DNA from: Raillietiella orientalis
Lineage: Eukaryota
Direction: 5' to 3'
NCBI GenBank assembly: GCA_036172245.1
Contig: JAYWIR010000015.1
Location: 1,550,001-1,614,000 of the forward strand
DNA length: 64,000 bases
Shown: piece after piece, positions 13,677 to 24,200 of the stretch
Numbering within the stretch: position 1 is the first letter of the stretch
Layout of the letters: each line of letters opens with the position of its first letter
The notes under the pieces: model-generated
Databases searched by the model: none
The model's input: the letters and a program-made list of their open reading frames with translations, nothing else
What the model was told of the DNA's origin: nothing
Translations under genes and position numbers: made by a program

Positions 13677-14070
13677 CTTGAAAAACTTAGTTAATTAATT
13701 TTAGACATTTATTTAGCTTGATTCTCATGAAGCCAAGGTACTAAAACACGTACCGATGTTCCCAAGTCATTGTTAAAAACAGGAATACCAAAGTTTGCAT
13801 GCAAAATAACGATTTCAAATAGTATCGCCACAGAGAATGATAGAGTCGAACATTTGAATGTGGCTTCGGTTGGCACCCCGATGCCTACTAGGTTTGGACG
13901 GAAGAAAAGAAAAAAAACAGACTCTCGGAAACTCATCATCCGTACTGTTTTATCACCAATATCATGCTCTTCGAACATCCATTCGAACAAAACTATCCGC
14001 AACATACATACATACATATTTCTCGTTGATTGAATTTTGTGTTCTACAATACCCGTGTTTTGAATATATC

Positions 14071-14088
14071 TATATATATATATATATA
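14071..14088. repeat. (TA)n microsatellite in a TA/CA-rich tract
   Basis: TA run read directly; it marks the left edge of the GC-rich island. Confidence 0.9.
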
Positions 14089-14197
14089 GCCAATATATGT
14101 GTATATGGATATATACATAATTGTCAATATATGTATACATGTACGCATACATATTGGCAATTTTCCGATTCTTCTCGGTTCGTTCCGAAATGCTTAC

Positions 14198-14272
14198 TAC
14201 ACGGCTTCCCTGAGTTCTTCGGATCCCTGACTCTTCGAACGATGCTGTGTGGTTGCTTGGCAAGGAAAGCAT
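14198..14272 (-). CDS. Candidate alternative 5' coding exon A of Kidins220 (MLSLPSNHTASFEESGIRRTQGSRV)
   Basis: ATG 14272 and phase-0 donor GTA|GTAAGC at 14197, in frame with acceptor 13547. The frame stays open upstream to about 14530, so the exon may be longer. Confidence 0.4.
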
Positions 14273-15140
14273 TCCCTGGTGCCAGACTTTTCCTCGGGCC
14301 CCCACGCGCGCCGGAGACGAGACAGTCCACGCAGATGTCGAGAAGCGAAACCGAGGAAGCGAGGACCTGCGGCTGGGTCCTCGCTGGGGGATGCTCACCC
14401 ACGATCCAGACGGCCGGCGTAGTCTCTCCCGAGATAAACTGTCTTTTCGCTTTACTTCTTTTCCCTCCTTTCGCAACCTGTGATGCCACCACGTCCGCGC
14501 TGTTGGGAAATATGCGACCGGAGACGCCAACCCTCATTAAGATCTGATCTTCGAAAGATCTCTCCTCGATTGGACGTCGATAGTGCGGCGGCCCTGCGTG
14601 CCCTCGCACGCTCATTACTAATCCGAACCCTCCATCTTCCCGGAACCATTTTCCCGTCGCTGCTGCTGCTGGTGATGATGATGACGTTGGCGATTTCGTC
14701 CTGGGACCTCAGCTGCTCTTTCCGGTTTAATTGACATCGATTTCCTACACCAACCCGCGTGTAGGACCCCCCTACAATGATCTGTGCTGAGCTGAAGGTC
14801 ATGCCGGGATCACTCTTGCCACCTGGCGGCCTGCTGAAGAACGCCTCGAGGGGTCCCTTCCAGAGTGCAAAGGGCGATGCCATTCGAGGATCCGATCTGC
14901 CGACGGGTCGCCCCTCCCGAACGCGATGGAGGAACTTCAGCAGGATCCACCAGCACCACCACGTGTTGGGGGCCGACGAACACTCCAGGATCCAATCCTG
15001 AACCAAATTCTTGGGATCGTCGAGCGCAGTGCGGTGCATCTCCCGGTTCCTCTCCCACCCGTTCCCGTGGTTTCCCCTCTGCCAGGCGCGCGTCGCCATC
15101 CGTTGCTCTCGCCTCCTCCCCTTCCCTTCCCCGCCCTTAC

Positions 15141-15326
15141 CTGACCGGGTCTTCCCTGAGATTCCTTGCCGGGCTGCCCGGTTCGCTTCTCCCCCGGGAA
15201 AGCGAAAGTACCGCCGTCCCTAGAGGGGTAGGGAGGGGGAGGAGGGTCGCTGACCAAGTCAACAAACACCCCTTCCCCTTCTCCATTCTCCTTCCTCTCT
15301 ACACGACCCCGTTGTCCCTGGAACAT
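15141..15326 (-). CDS. Candidate alternative 5' coding exon B of Kidins220 (62 aa, contains PPPPPY)
   Basis: ATG 15326, open for 186 nt, strong phase-0 donor CAG|GTAAGG at 15140, in frame with acceptor 13547. Confidence 0.35.
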
Positions 15327-16408
15327 CCCCGCGGGGACGAGCAGGACCCTTCCCGGTTCTCAGATGCGGTCTGCTGCCCCTCCCCCTTCTTCCTTTCCTA
15401 TTCCTATCCCCTCACTTCACTGTCCACCACCTCACGTCTCCCCCCCCCTTCATTCCTCACCCCAGTCGATGAAGCACGTCAGGACCGTGGCACGGAACCC
15501 CGCTCCAGGGATTTCCCCGGAAGGGGAAGTCGAAAGAAAGGGAGAGGAAGAGAAGACTAGAGCGGCGGTTCCAAAGGGGGGCGTCCTCTCCTCCCCTCGT
15601 CTCCACTCACCCACTCCCACGGCGTCCCCTTCCCGTGAGGCGCCGCCACCCGGCATCCCACGGGACGCGAAGAGGCACAGTGAGGCCGCCGACTACTCCC
15701 CGCCTCTCCAGGCAAGCGCGGCCCCAACGGGATGGGCCCGAGCGGGGAGGGTGGGATCCCGTAGGGGCGGGGAGGATGGAAACGGAAAAAGGACTACTCC
15801 GTATTTCCGAGACCCTCCCTCGTGCCCCGCAGACGTCTGATAGACCTCCACGGCTCCTCCCGTAGGGAAGTGGGGGGGGGGGGGAACCCGGGAAAGGGAA
15901 TCGGGGAAATCACGGCCCTCCCCTCCTCTCTCTCTCTTGGTGAGGGAGCCGCGGAGACAGGAGACCTGCTGAGGTTTCGAGAATGCAGCGGGACGGAGGG
16001 GGCTGGGAGTGGGAATGCAGAGGCAGCACGAACCCCCGTCTGAACACCTTCCCTATTCCGAAAAGGAACTGCTCGCCCATGAGGGAGGGAAAGGAGCACT
16101 GGGCTAGACAGCGCTTCCCCAGTGCACCCCGGACCGGGAAAGAACCGAAGCGCCAGAGGGGAGAGCCTTCTGAAGGAGGAAATAAGGTGGGGAGGGCTGG
16201 GGCCATCGTCGCCTTGCCTCCGGAAGGTGACACGAGGGCCATCGCCGGCCCTTCCTCCCTTTTTCCCCGGAGCATGTTGGGCGCGGGAGAGAGAGAAAAG
16301 GGCGAGAGCGAAGAGGAAAGAAGGAAGGGGGGAAGATGCACCGGCCGCCACCACCTTCTCGTCCGCTTCCCTCCCTCCCCCCTTCCCCGTTTCCGGATCC
16401 GCACTTAC

Positions 16409-16483
16409 CGAAGGGTTCCTATGGATTCCCGAGGTCTCTGCGTGCAGCGACAGAGCGCTGAGGCGCGCTCGCATCTTCCTCAT
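16409..16483 (-). CDS. Candidate alternative first coding exon C of Kidins220 (MRKMRARLSALSLHAETSGIHRNPS)
   Basis: ATG 16483 and phase-0 donor TCG|GTAAGT at 16408, in frame with 13547. An ordered promoter-motif cluster lies about 260-360 nt upstream. Confidence 0.55.
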
Positions 16484-16740
16484 CTCCCGGGCAACGAGGG
16501 AGAAGAGGGTTGAGACGGCAGGCGGGGAGAGGGAAGGGGGGAGAGAGAGAAAGCAGGCCGAGGGGGGGGGAGGTCCTCTCGTCGCGGCGGCGGCAGCGGT
16601 TCTCGCGCGCAAGGCTGCTGGACGCGGCTGCTGCTGATGCTGTTGGAGCTGCGCGGGCGCGGCCGCGCCGGAGTGGGAGGAGGGGCGTCCGGGGGGGGAC
16701 GACGGCACTTGGAGAAAACCAAGACCGGCCCGGCGTGGCC

Positions 16741-16846
16741 CCTTTTAAGACGGAAGCGGGCGGGCGTGACGCAACCAGGGAGGAGGCAGGCAGATAAGGA
16801 AGGAGCTCGCATCTTACAGGACCGCCGCTTCCCGATCTCATTGGCT
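16741..16846 (-). promoter_or_regulatory. Putative Pol II promoter for exon C
   Basis: In minus-strand order: CCAAT (16844-16840), CRE-like TGACGCA (16767-16773), GC box (16758-16763), ETS core CGGAAG (16751-16756), TATA-like CTTAAAAGG (16749-16741). Confidence 0.45.
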
Positions 16847-19801
16847 GACCTTCGCTGCCGAGGAGGGAGCGCGCGCCTTCTTCCCGGAAGGCGTCTCGCC
16901 CGCGGGGCGGGCGACGGCGGCAGCAGCACCCGCGCTGGGCCCCCCAGAGTCAGGCAGGGCGAGGAGGAGTCTCCCGGAGCAGCAGCAGTACAGCGGCAGC
17001 CCCCCCCCCCCCGCCTCCCGATACCGGGAGTAGGAGAGGAGGAGCGGCAGGGGGTCAGGGGGAGAGGGTTTCCTCCTCCTTCCTGAAGGGCCCTAGGTCT
17101 CAGGCGGGGCACGTGCGGCTGCCGCCGCTCCCTAATCGCCGACCCGCGTGGCGATCACGTGGAGACGGCGCTGCCGTCCCGTTGCCACAGGTCTAAAATT
17201 AGACTTGTGAAGAAAAAGAGGAGGAGAAAGAGGAGGGAATGGCGCGGAGGCGGCGAGGAAGGGATGGATCTCTTCGAGTGGAATCCTGCGCCCGGTGCCC
17301 TCTCTCTTACTGCTCCTGACTCAAAGGGCACGCCCCGTACCCGAGCAGAGGGAAAGGGGAGGGGAGGGAGCGCAGAACGCACCTTGGCGGCAGGCAGCGC
17401 GAGTGCCACGCCCGCCTCTTCCTTTTCCGGGTCGCTCGCGGGACTCCTCGGCCATCGAGATGAAAACCCGCAGGGGCGCCACTCCCCCCGCCTCTTGAAT
17501 CCCGGAGGGGCGCACCCCAGGCGGCAAGGGAACGAGCGAGGAGAACCGACGGCGACGACCGACGCCTTGAGGTGGGAGTTCTCGCTGCAGGCTCGAGCGC
17601 TCGGGAGCGAGATCCCCGTGGGCCCGGGACCGCAGGCGAGATGCTTCCCAGGAGCCCTGCGGGCAGCGAGGGGGCGCCGGCGGCCGGTGGGAAGGCGCAG
17701 GCGTAGCCGCCGAAGAGGGAGTTCCCTGACGGAGGCGGAAAGAGAGGAGAGAAGGAACCTCGCTCTCCGGGGGGGCTAACGCGCTTCGGGGGAGATCTTC
17801 CTCCGTGACCCGAGAACGGAGGGCAACGACCCGCGCCGTCGAAAGAGCGGCGCGCGCATACAGAGAGAGGGGCCCACGAAGAAGCGCCACCGGCCCCGAA
17901 GACCTCAGAAGGGTGCGAGGATTTCAGGGTGGGGAAGGGGGGAAGGGAGAGGCAAGGACCCGCGCCTCTCCGAATCTCCACAGGGGGTGTGACCTCTCGA
18001 TCTACGGGATAAAAGTTTCAGGCGGGAATCGGTGGCTAAGGTGCTTGAGGCGGGCCGAGGGAACCACGCGAGCTCAGGCGGGATCTACATCGGGGAGGGA
18101 ACGCGGGAGGATCCTTCCCAGACCAGCCCGATGACCAAGTTGCGGGGAGAAGGTCGGTGACCTCAGTCTCCCTGTCTTTCCCAATGCAGGCGGGTCATCG
18201 AGCGGGCGGTGCGCTCGGCTGAGATAGCCGTCCTGCAGCGATCAGCAGGGATAGAGGTCTTCCCCTTGGGAGAGGGAGACCCCTGTGGTCCCAGGGGGCT
18301 GTTCTGCTGACGTCCTTCCGCCGGGAAGCGACAGCGCCGAGAGCTGCCAGGACCGGACAAATTTGCGTCCCGGCAGGGAACCCCGAGCGAGGCAGGGGTG
18401 GGGAAGAGAGGGTAGCGCGACCCTCCGTCCCCATGCAGAACCAGCGGGAAGGAGGACGCCCACTGCCGCCTCGCCACTTCCCGATGCTTCCTGGAAGCAT
18501 CGCCGTCAGCAGGAAGGGCAGTGGGGAGGACGCCAGACTTTCGCTTTGTTGCTTCCTGGTCCCCCACTGCCCCTCTTCGCTACCGCTTCCCGGGAAGAGA
18601 TAACTCCCGAGGAGCCACCCCCCAGGGGCCGCGCAAGCCTTTTCCCGGATGGGAGGGAATGAGAGGGGGAGGCGCTCCGAGCTCATGCCCCAGCGGGTCC
18701 ACTCGCAGGCGTGGGAGCTCAGCACCCCGAGGTGACGCTGCAAAGCAAGGGTCAACAGACTGACATTGAGGATGGCCAACGGGCAGAAGGGAGGACGGAG
18801 GAAGAGAGGGAAAGGGAGTAAGCAGGTGCTGGTGGCTGTAGGATCGCTGCTGCATCTCCCTCTCTCTTGGCCTCCAACCTACCCCTACCCCCCTCAAAAC
18901 ATCAAAGAGCCTCCTCCCCCCTCGTCTTAAGGGGAAGTGCCGAGACGAGCCTCAAGCAGACCGGCCGGCGGCACTGCTCGACGCCGCCAAAGGCGGCGTT
19001 CGAATCCCCGCTGGCCCCTCCCCAGCGGTGGTCATCCTGAAGGAGAGCGACGGAGGGGGAACTTCGCGGTTCCCCTGGCCGGACGTCTCGTCTGCACCCT
19101 CCTACCGCGTTTCCGGGGAAACGGGACCAGTTTTTCCTGGCCACTCGCAACCGCCATCCAAGGCGGCGCCCCGTGGCCCACAGAGGGCTCTTGAGTCCAC
19201 GACTTGGGACGAGCACCGGCTGCGCCTCTTTAGACAGGTCCTTCCTCTTCCCCTCCTCCGCCCGTTGTGTCCTCTCGCGCCGGGACGCCCGCCGACCGGG
19301 AGGCAACGCAGCGCACAGCCGCCGAGGGAACGGACCATGGAATTCCCTCCCTGAAGGGGCCGGACGCTATCCCGGAAGGATTTTCCACATAGCCGGGGGG
19401 CGAGGGGTGGAGGCTTTAGACGCTCCCTCCCGGTCTCGTCTCACCCCGCCACGAACGCCCGCGTCCCTCTCATGAAGCCCGGAACGTACCTTTCGACAAG
19501 CGTCCTCTCCCGCCTCGGGGACGGCGACGGCAGCCTTCGGGAGGGGAAAGAGGGGCAGGCAGGCGGCGCGCGCTTCCCGTCGTCGTCGTCGTCGTCCTCC
19601 GCCGCCCGCACGGGCCGCACTCGCCTCCTCGCGCGCTCGGGGATCCGTTTCTCCTTCCGGGAGCACACCGGGCCGCCTGGCGGCGGGTTTCGGAAGACGG
19701 TGGTAGAGGTGGCGGCCGGCGGAGGAGGAGGAGAAGGAGGGGGCGCTGCAGCCCTTTCGACCCCTCCACCCCTATTCCTGTCTCTCTCTCCGGCCGCTTA
19801 C

Positions 19802-20042
19802 CCCCTCTCAAGCGTGCGCTCTCAAGGGAAGCTGTCGGCGCGCGCGCTCCGCAGGAGTGGTTGCGAGCGAACCGCTCCAGGGCAACAGACGCCTCGTCCG
19901 CTGAGAGGCGCGGAACTTCCACTCCCCATGGGTGCACGCAGAGGGAGGAAATGCGCCTGGAGTCTCGCCCCCCGCAGGGACTGGAAATGTAGGGAGAGGA
20001 GGAGGAGGAAGGGAAAAGCAGCGGTGGGGCGCGCCTGTCCAT
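19802..20042 (-). CDS. Candidate alternative first coding exon D of Kidins220 (MDRRAPPLLF...SLESARLRG)
   Basis: ATG 20042, 241 nt open, phase-1 donor G|GTAAGC at 19801. The 29-nt micro-exon 13676-13648 restores the frame exactly. Confidence 0.5.
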
Positions 20043-20115
20043 CGGCTGAAGACCCACTCTCTCCTTCAGTCGCTGTCTGAAGGATGCACCGCAGTGGGCC
20101 ACTCTGCTCGGGAGG

Positions 20116-21236
20116 CCCCGTCTTCCTTCGGGAGATGCGTGGGCGCCCTCTGCGCTCTCGCTCGATGGCCCCGGCCGCGTTTGTTCTCCGTGACGTCGGT
20201 GGTGCGCGACGTCATTCCCCGGGGAAAAAAATGAAACGGAAACCGGAAAGAAAGGGGGGGGGAGGCGGGGCGCGAAAGAGAACCGCTCTGGCGGCGGCGG
20301 CAGGCACGCAGACGCGCTTTCTCTCCCTGCGGTGGTCAGGTTGCGTGCGTGAACACCTCTCTGAGTTGGCGCTGCCTTTTTCTCGAAGTCACCTTTCGGC
20401 TTGTTTTTTTCTCCCGGTGCTTCTGATGTTGATGCTGAGAGGATGGGGTGAGGTTGGGGTGAGCGAGACGTGCAAAAAGAAAAAAAAAATCAAAAGACCA
20501 TCCGGAATGGGGTCGCCCCTCCCGTCGCTTTCTGTGTGCGGCTCCTCGTCTACTTCCCCAAGGCTCCCCTAAGCCCCTCGGGGCACCTCCAGGGAGCCGA
20601 AGTTTCCGAGACCTCGCCGCCGCCTCTTGTCAAAGACGCAGGGCGATGTGGTGGCGGTCGCTGCTGGCCCCGCCCTCGCTTCCCAGGAGGGCGAAGAGGA
20701 GGAGGGGAACTGCAGAAGTCCTCCCAGGAGGGGTTCAGAGGCAGCGTCCGTCCCGGACGGAGGGCTTCTCCTTCCCATCGGGCAAATCCTCCCGTCTCGG
20801 GCGGGAGCGGCGGCGAGGAGTCATACGGCCAACCTCGGGTCTCCCCTGCGGCGCTAAAGCACCGGTGAACGGTTCGAACCAACTGTGCTCCTCCAATGGG
20901 CCGTGGACGCTTCGAAGGTGCGGCGGAAAGCAGACGCAGCCACAGGGAGTGGAGCTGACCTCGAGAGGAAGGCGCCGCCACCTCAGAGAGGTGTCTGCGC
21001 CTGCGACCTGACCACCGCAGGGAGAGAGCACGCTTCTGCGTGCATGCCGCTGCCGCCGCCAGCGAAGTTCTCTTTCGCACCCCGCCTCCCCCCCCCTTTT
21101 CTTCCCGGTTTCCGTTTCGTTTTTTTTTCCCGGGGAGTGACGTCGCGCACCACCGATGTCACGGAGAACAAAGGCGTCCGGGCCCATCGAGCGAGAGCGC
21201 GGAGAATGCCCACGCATCGCCCAAAGGAAGACGGGG
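20116..21236. repeat. Inverted repeat: arms 20116-20391 and 20956-21236 (about 280 bp each), 564-bp spacer
   Basis: Arms align colinearly as reverse complements (ccccgtcttcctt...tttgttctccgtgac.tcggtggtgcgcgacgtca...ctctccctgcggtggtcaggt...acacctctctgag); roughly 80% identical by eye. Confidence 0.92.
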
Positions 21237-24200
21237 TCGGAGGAGGAAGGGGGGAAGAGAGGAGTGGGCAGTGGGAAGAACCCGCTGGAAGCAGCAGTGG
21301 CGTTTCACATGGCAACGGGCTCCCGTTGCGCGCTTCCATGCATCCGCATCCTGCCGGGTCTTCGCCCTTCACCGGCAAGGAGAGAGCGGTAGAGGGTCGG
21401 TCTGCTTCTTCCGCGCAGCGCCCCATCGGAATGTGGGAGGGGTGGAGGACGCGCGTCTGATGCAGAGGGTCCGGCCTCCCAATATCGCCTCCGGGGCATT
21501 ACTAGCGACGAAAGTCACCGGTGTGGGAGCGGTTCCGACTGGGAACGCACGGGCGGAGACCCCGAGGCCACCCCATTCCCTTCCCTGAAGCTTCGGCACA
21601 GCAAAGTGGCCGTGTTGTACACAGGGCACCACCCTTCTTGCGAGAGTCTCGCTCGTTCCCACCCGGCCGGCTTCATCTCCTGGAAGGAGGCCGGAAGAGG
21701 GGCCAGAGAGCACAGACAAGAGGTTGGGGCCTACGGCAGGGGAGAGAGGGCAGCAAAGAGGAACGGGGGCGATGCATCCCTTTCCTCCCCATATTATTCT
21801 ACTTCATCATTCTTCTTGCTGCTGTTCTCTTCCTCGCAGCCGCAACCGCGAGTTCCTCCTCCTCCTCCCCCTCCTCCTCTTCCCTGCTTTTCGCCTCTCC
21901 CTCCCTTGTGCTGCGATCGCTCCGGGAGAAGACGACCGGGAAACTCGCCGTCGGAGATGCTCCAGTCACGCCTCTCAGGAGTTTTCCGCGGCGTCATCCG
22001 TTCCCGGGGGGGAGGCAGCAACAGCACCTTGAGACAGGACCGCTGAGGCCACCGGCCGAGAATTTCGAGCTCCAGGTCGGCGCGCGCAGGGTGTGCGCTC
22101 GCAGCCAGGACCCTTCTTCCAGGAAGGCGACTGCAAAGGACGAGCCGGGAGGTGGGGGAAGTCTGCCGCAGCCACAGTGGGGCGGGACGAGAAGGCGGGA
22201 AAGACGAGCACGGGGGTGCCTCGTCAGTGACTGGGGCGCTGGCGAGTCCGGCCCTTGCCTCCTCCTTCCAGCTGGGCGATTCCCCTCTTGAGCTGCCGCC
22301 ATCTCCTCATCCAGGACGACTCCTCGGGGAGTCCATCATCCGTCTGATCGAAGACGGCAGCAGCAGCAGCCGATCCTTCCGAGGTCCCTGCCGACGGATG
22401 GTATCTCGAGGAACGCGGGCGGCTGGCAACGTTCCCGCCGGCCCTTCGTCCTTTCCTCCTCGCCAATGAGAGGAAGGAGAGTGACGCGAGCACTCCGTTT
22501 CGCCTCACCCGTCCAGGAAGGGAGGGGGTCGGAGCAGGACTTTTCGCAAAGGAGGGCTCGTCAGCCGACGGGATGGGAGGAAGGAGGTAGCGGATGGGGT
22601 GGAAGGGAGCAAAGCCCTAGGGAAGGACGCGGCCAGGAGAGAAGTGGCAACTCCAGAACGGATCCGTCGAGGCATCCGGGCTCCTCCTGGGATCGGAAAT
22701 CTACGAGAGACCAGAGAGGAACGCCCACCGGATGGGGAACCGGAGGAACCCCCGCTCTCGGGTGCCCGATTTCCCGAAACCCAGCTGAGAGTCGGCCACT
22801 GACGCACACGGGCAGCAGCTGCGTGCGTGCGAGCCGGGAGAGAAGGAAGGTGTGGGCGTCACCGACTCACACGCACCTCTTCAGTCCCCCCCCCCTCCTT
22901 CTCCATAAACACTCTGTCTTTCATCCATGTTCCCTTCCATGGGTGAGAGGAAGCGCGGCGTCCTTCTCCGCCCACGTCTCCGTCGCAACGTACCAAACGA
23001 GGGAATAGCAAAGTCCGAGGCCACACGAACGAACACCCCCTTCAGCACCACAAGAATGCAAAAAGAGGCCTACCAAAACGATCCCGGAGGGATCCCGGCG
23101 GCGGACCGAAGGGACGGTAGAGGAGAGTCGGCAGCGGCGAGGAGGAGGTAACACTGGTCACCCACCGCAGGGCAGCGCCTCGGTGAGGCAGCGAGAGCGA
23201 GCGAGGTACAGGGCCGACCGAGAAGCCCGGAAGCTGCCGGGTTCGCGTTCTTTCTGTACTCGGCGCGCACGCAGCGTCCGAGCCGCGTCCCCTCGATTGG
23301 AAACCCTTCGAGGGGGCTGTCTTAGGATTGAGACCTCGCGCCGCCGGTGGTAGCCAACGCCTTTCTGGGCGAGTGCGCGCGCGACCCCGCAACGCACCGA
23401 CCGCGTCGGGTCCGTTGGCGCGCATTCCCGCGAGCTTCTCAGGAAGTCGCTCCATCGTCGCCGGCGGGATCTCTCTCTCTCTCTCTCTCGCTTAGCGAAG
23501 AGCGCGCGCGTGTGCTCCCGAGGGAGGGGAGGGGGGGAACAGGCGCTCTCGGGTTTCCGGCGACGGCAGGGAGGTCGATCGCGCGGTATCGTTCGGACGC
23601 CGGCCCTGCAGATACTGAAAAGACGAAGTAAAGGGAGGAGAGCGGTGGAGGGAAGGAGGAGGAGGCACCACCGAGTCGTCGAAAAGCACCAGAGAGAGCC
23701 TATGAGGCGGAGGAGATGCGTGTGAGGGCGCGGGCGGGACTGACCCCTTCCCGTCCGTGCCTTCCCCACGTGCGGCAGAAGCCTCGCGAGCGCGCGCGTC
23801 GGAGACCGTCAACACCCCCTCCCCCCCAGGAGTACCACGAATGGGGCCTCATGGACCCGAGCACCGCTTCGTCAAGTTCGGTGGGACGGTTGACGTCATC
23901 AGGAGAAGATGCTGTCGACACGGAAATGACCTCCCGGTGCTTTAACGGCCGGACCTACAGGGACGCTAAAGACGATTTTGCGGTACCTGGTATTGCGGGA
24001 GAGCCCTCCCAGGCGGAGTCTCGGATGTTCCCAGCGCGCAACTCCCGGGGAATGACCTCCCCGAGAAGGCTGACCCTTGCTGCCCTCCCCCCCTCGAGTC
24101 CCGGAGGCTCGGGGAGAGCAGGGAGAGATGCTGCCTCCGGTCGCGTCAGATGGGAGTCCTCGATCGGTGAGACTTCGGCTTGTCACTCGGACTTTGTACC

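Noticed and set aside
15860..16060. G-quadruplex-forming G-runs as a special feature
   Set aside because: Present, but ubiquitous across the island and not distinguishable from base composition without computation.
18975..19020. tRNA gene suggested by GTTCGAATCCCC and the hairpin ACGCCGCC-AAA-GGCGGCGT
   Set aside because: No A box, D arm or acceptor stem could be built; such hairpins are expected in GC-rich DNA.
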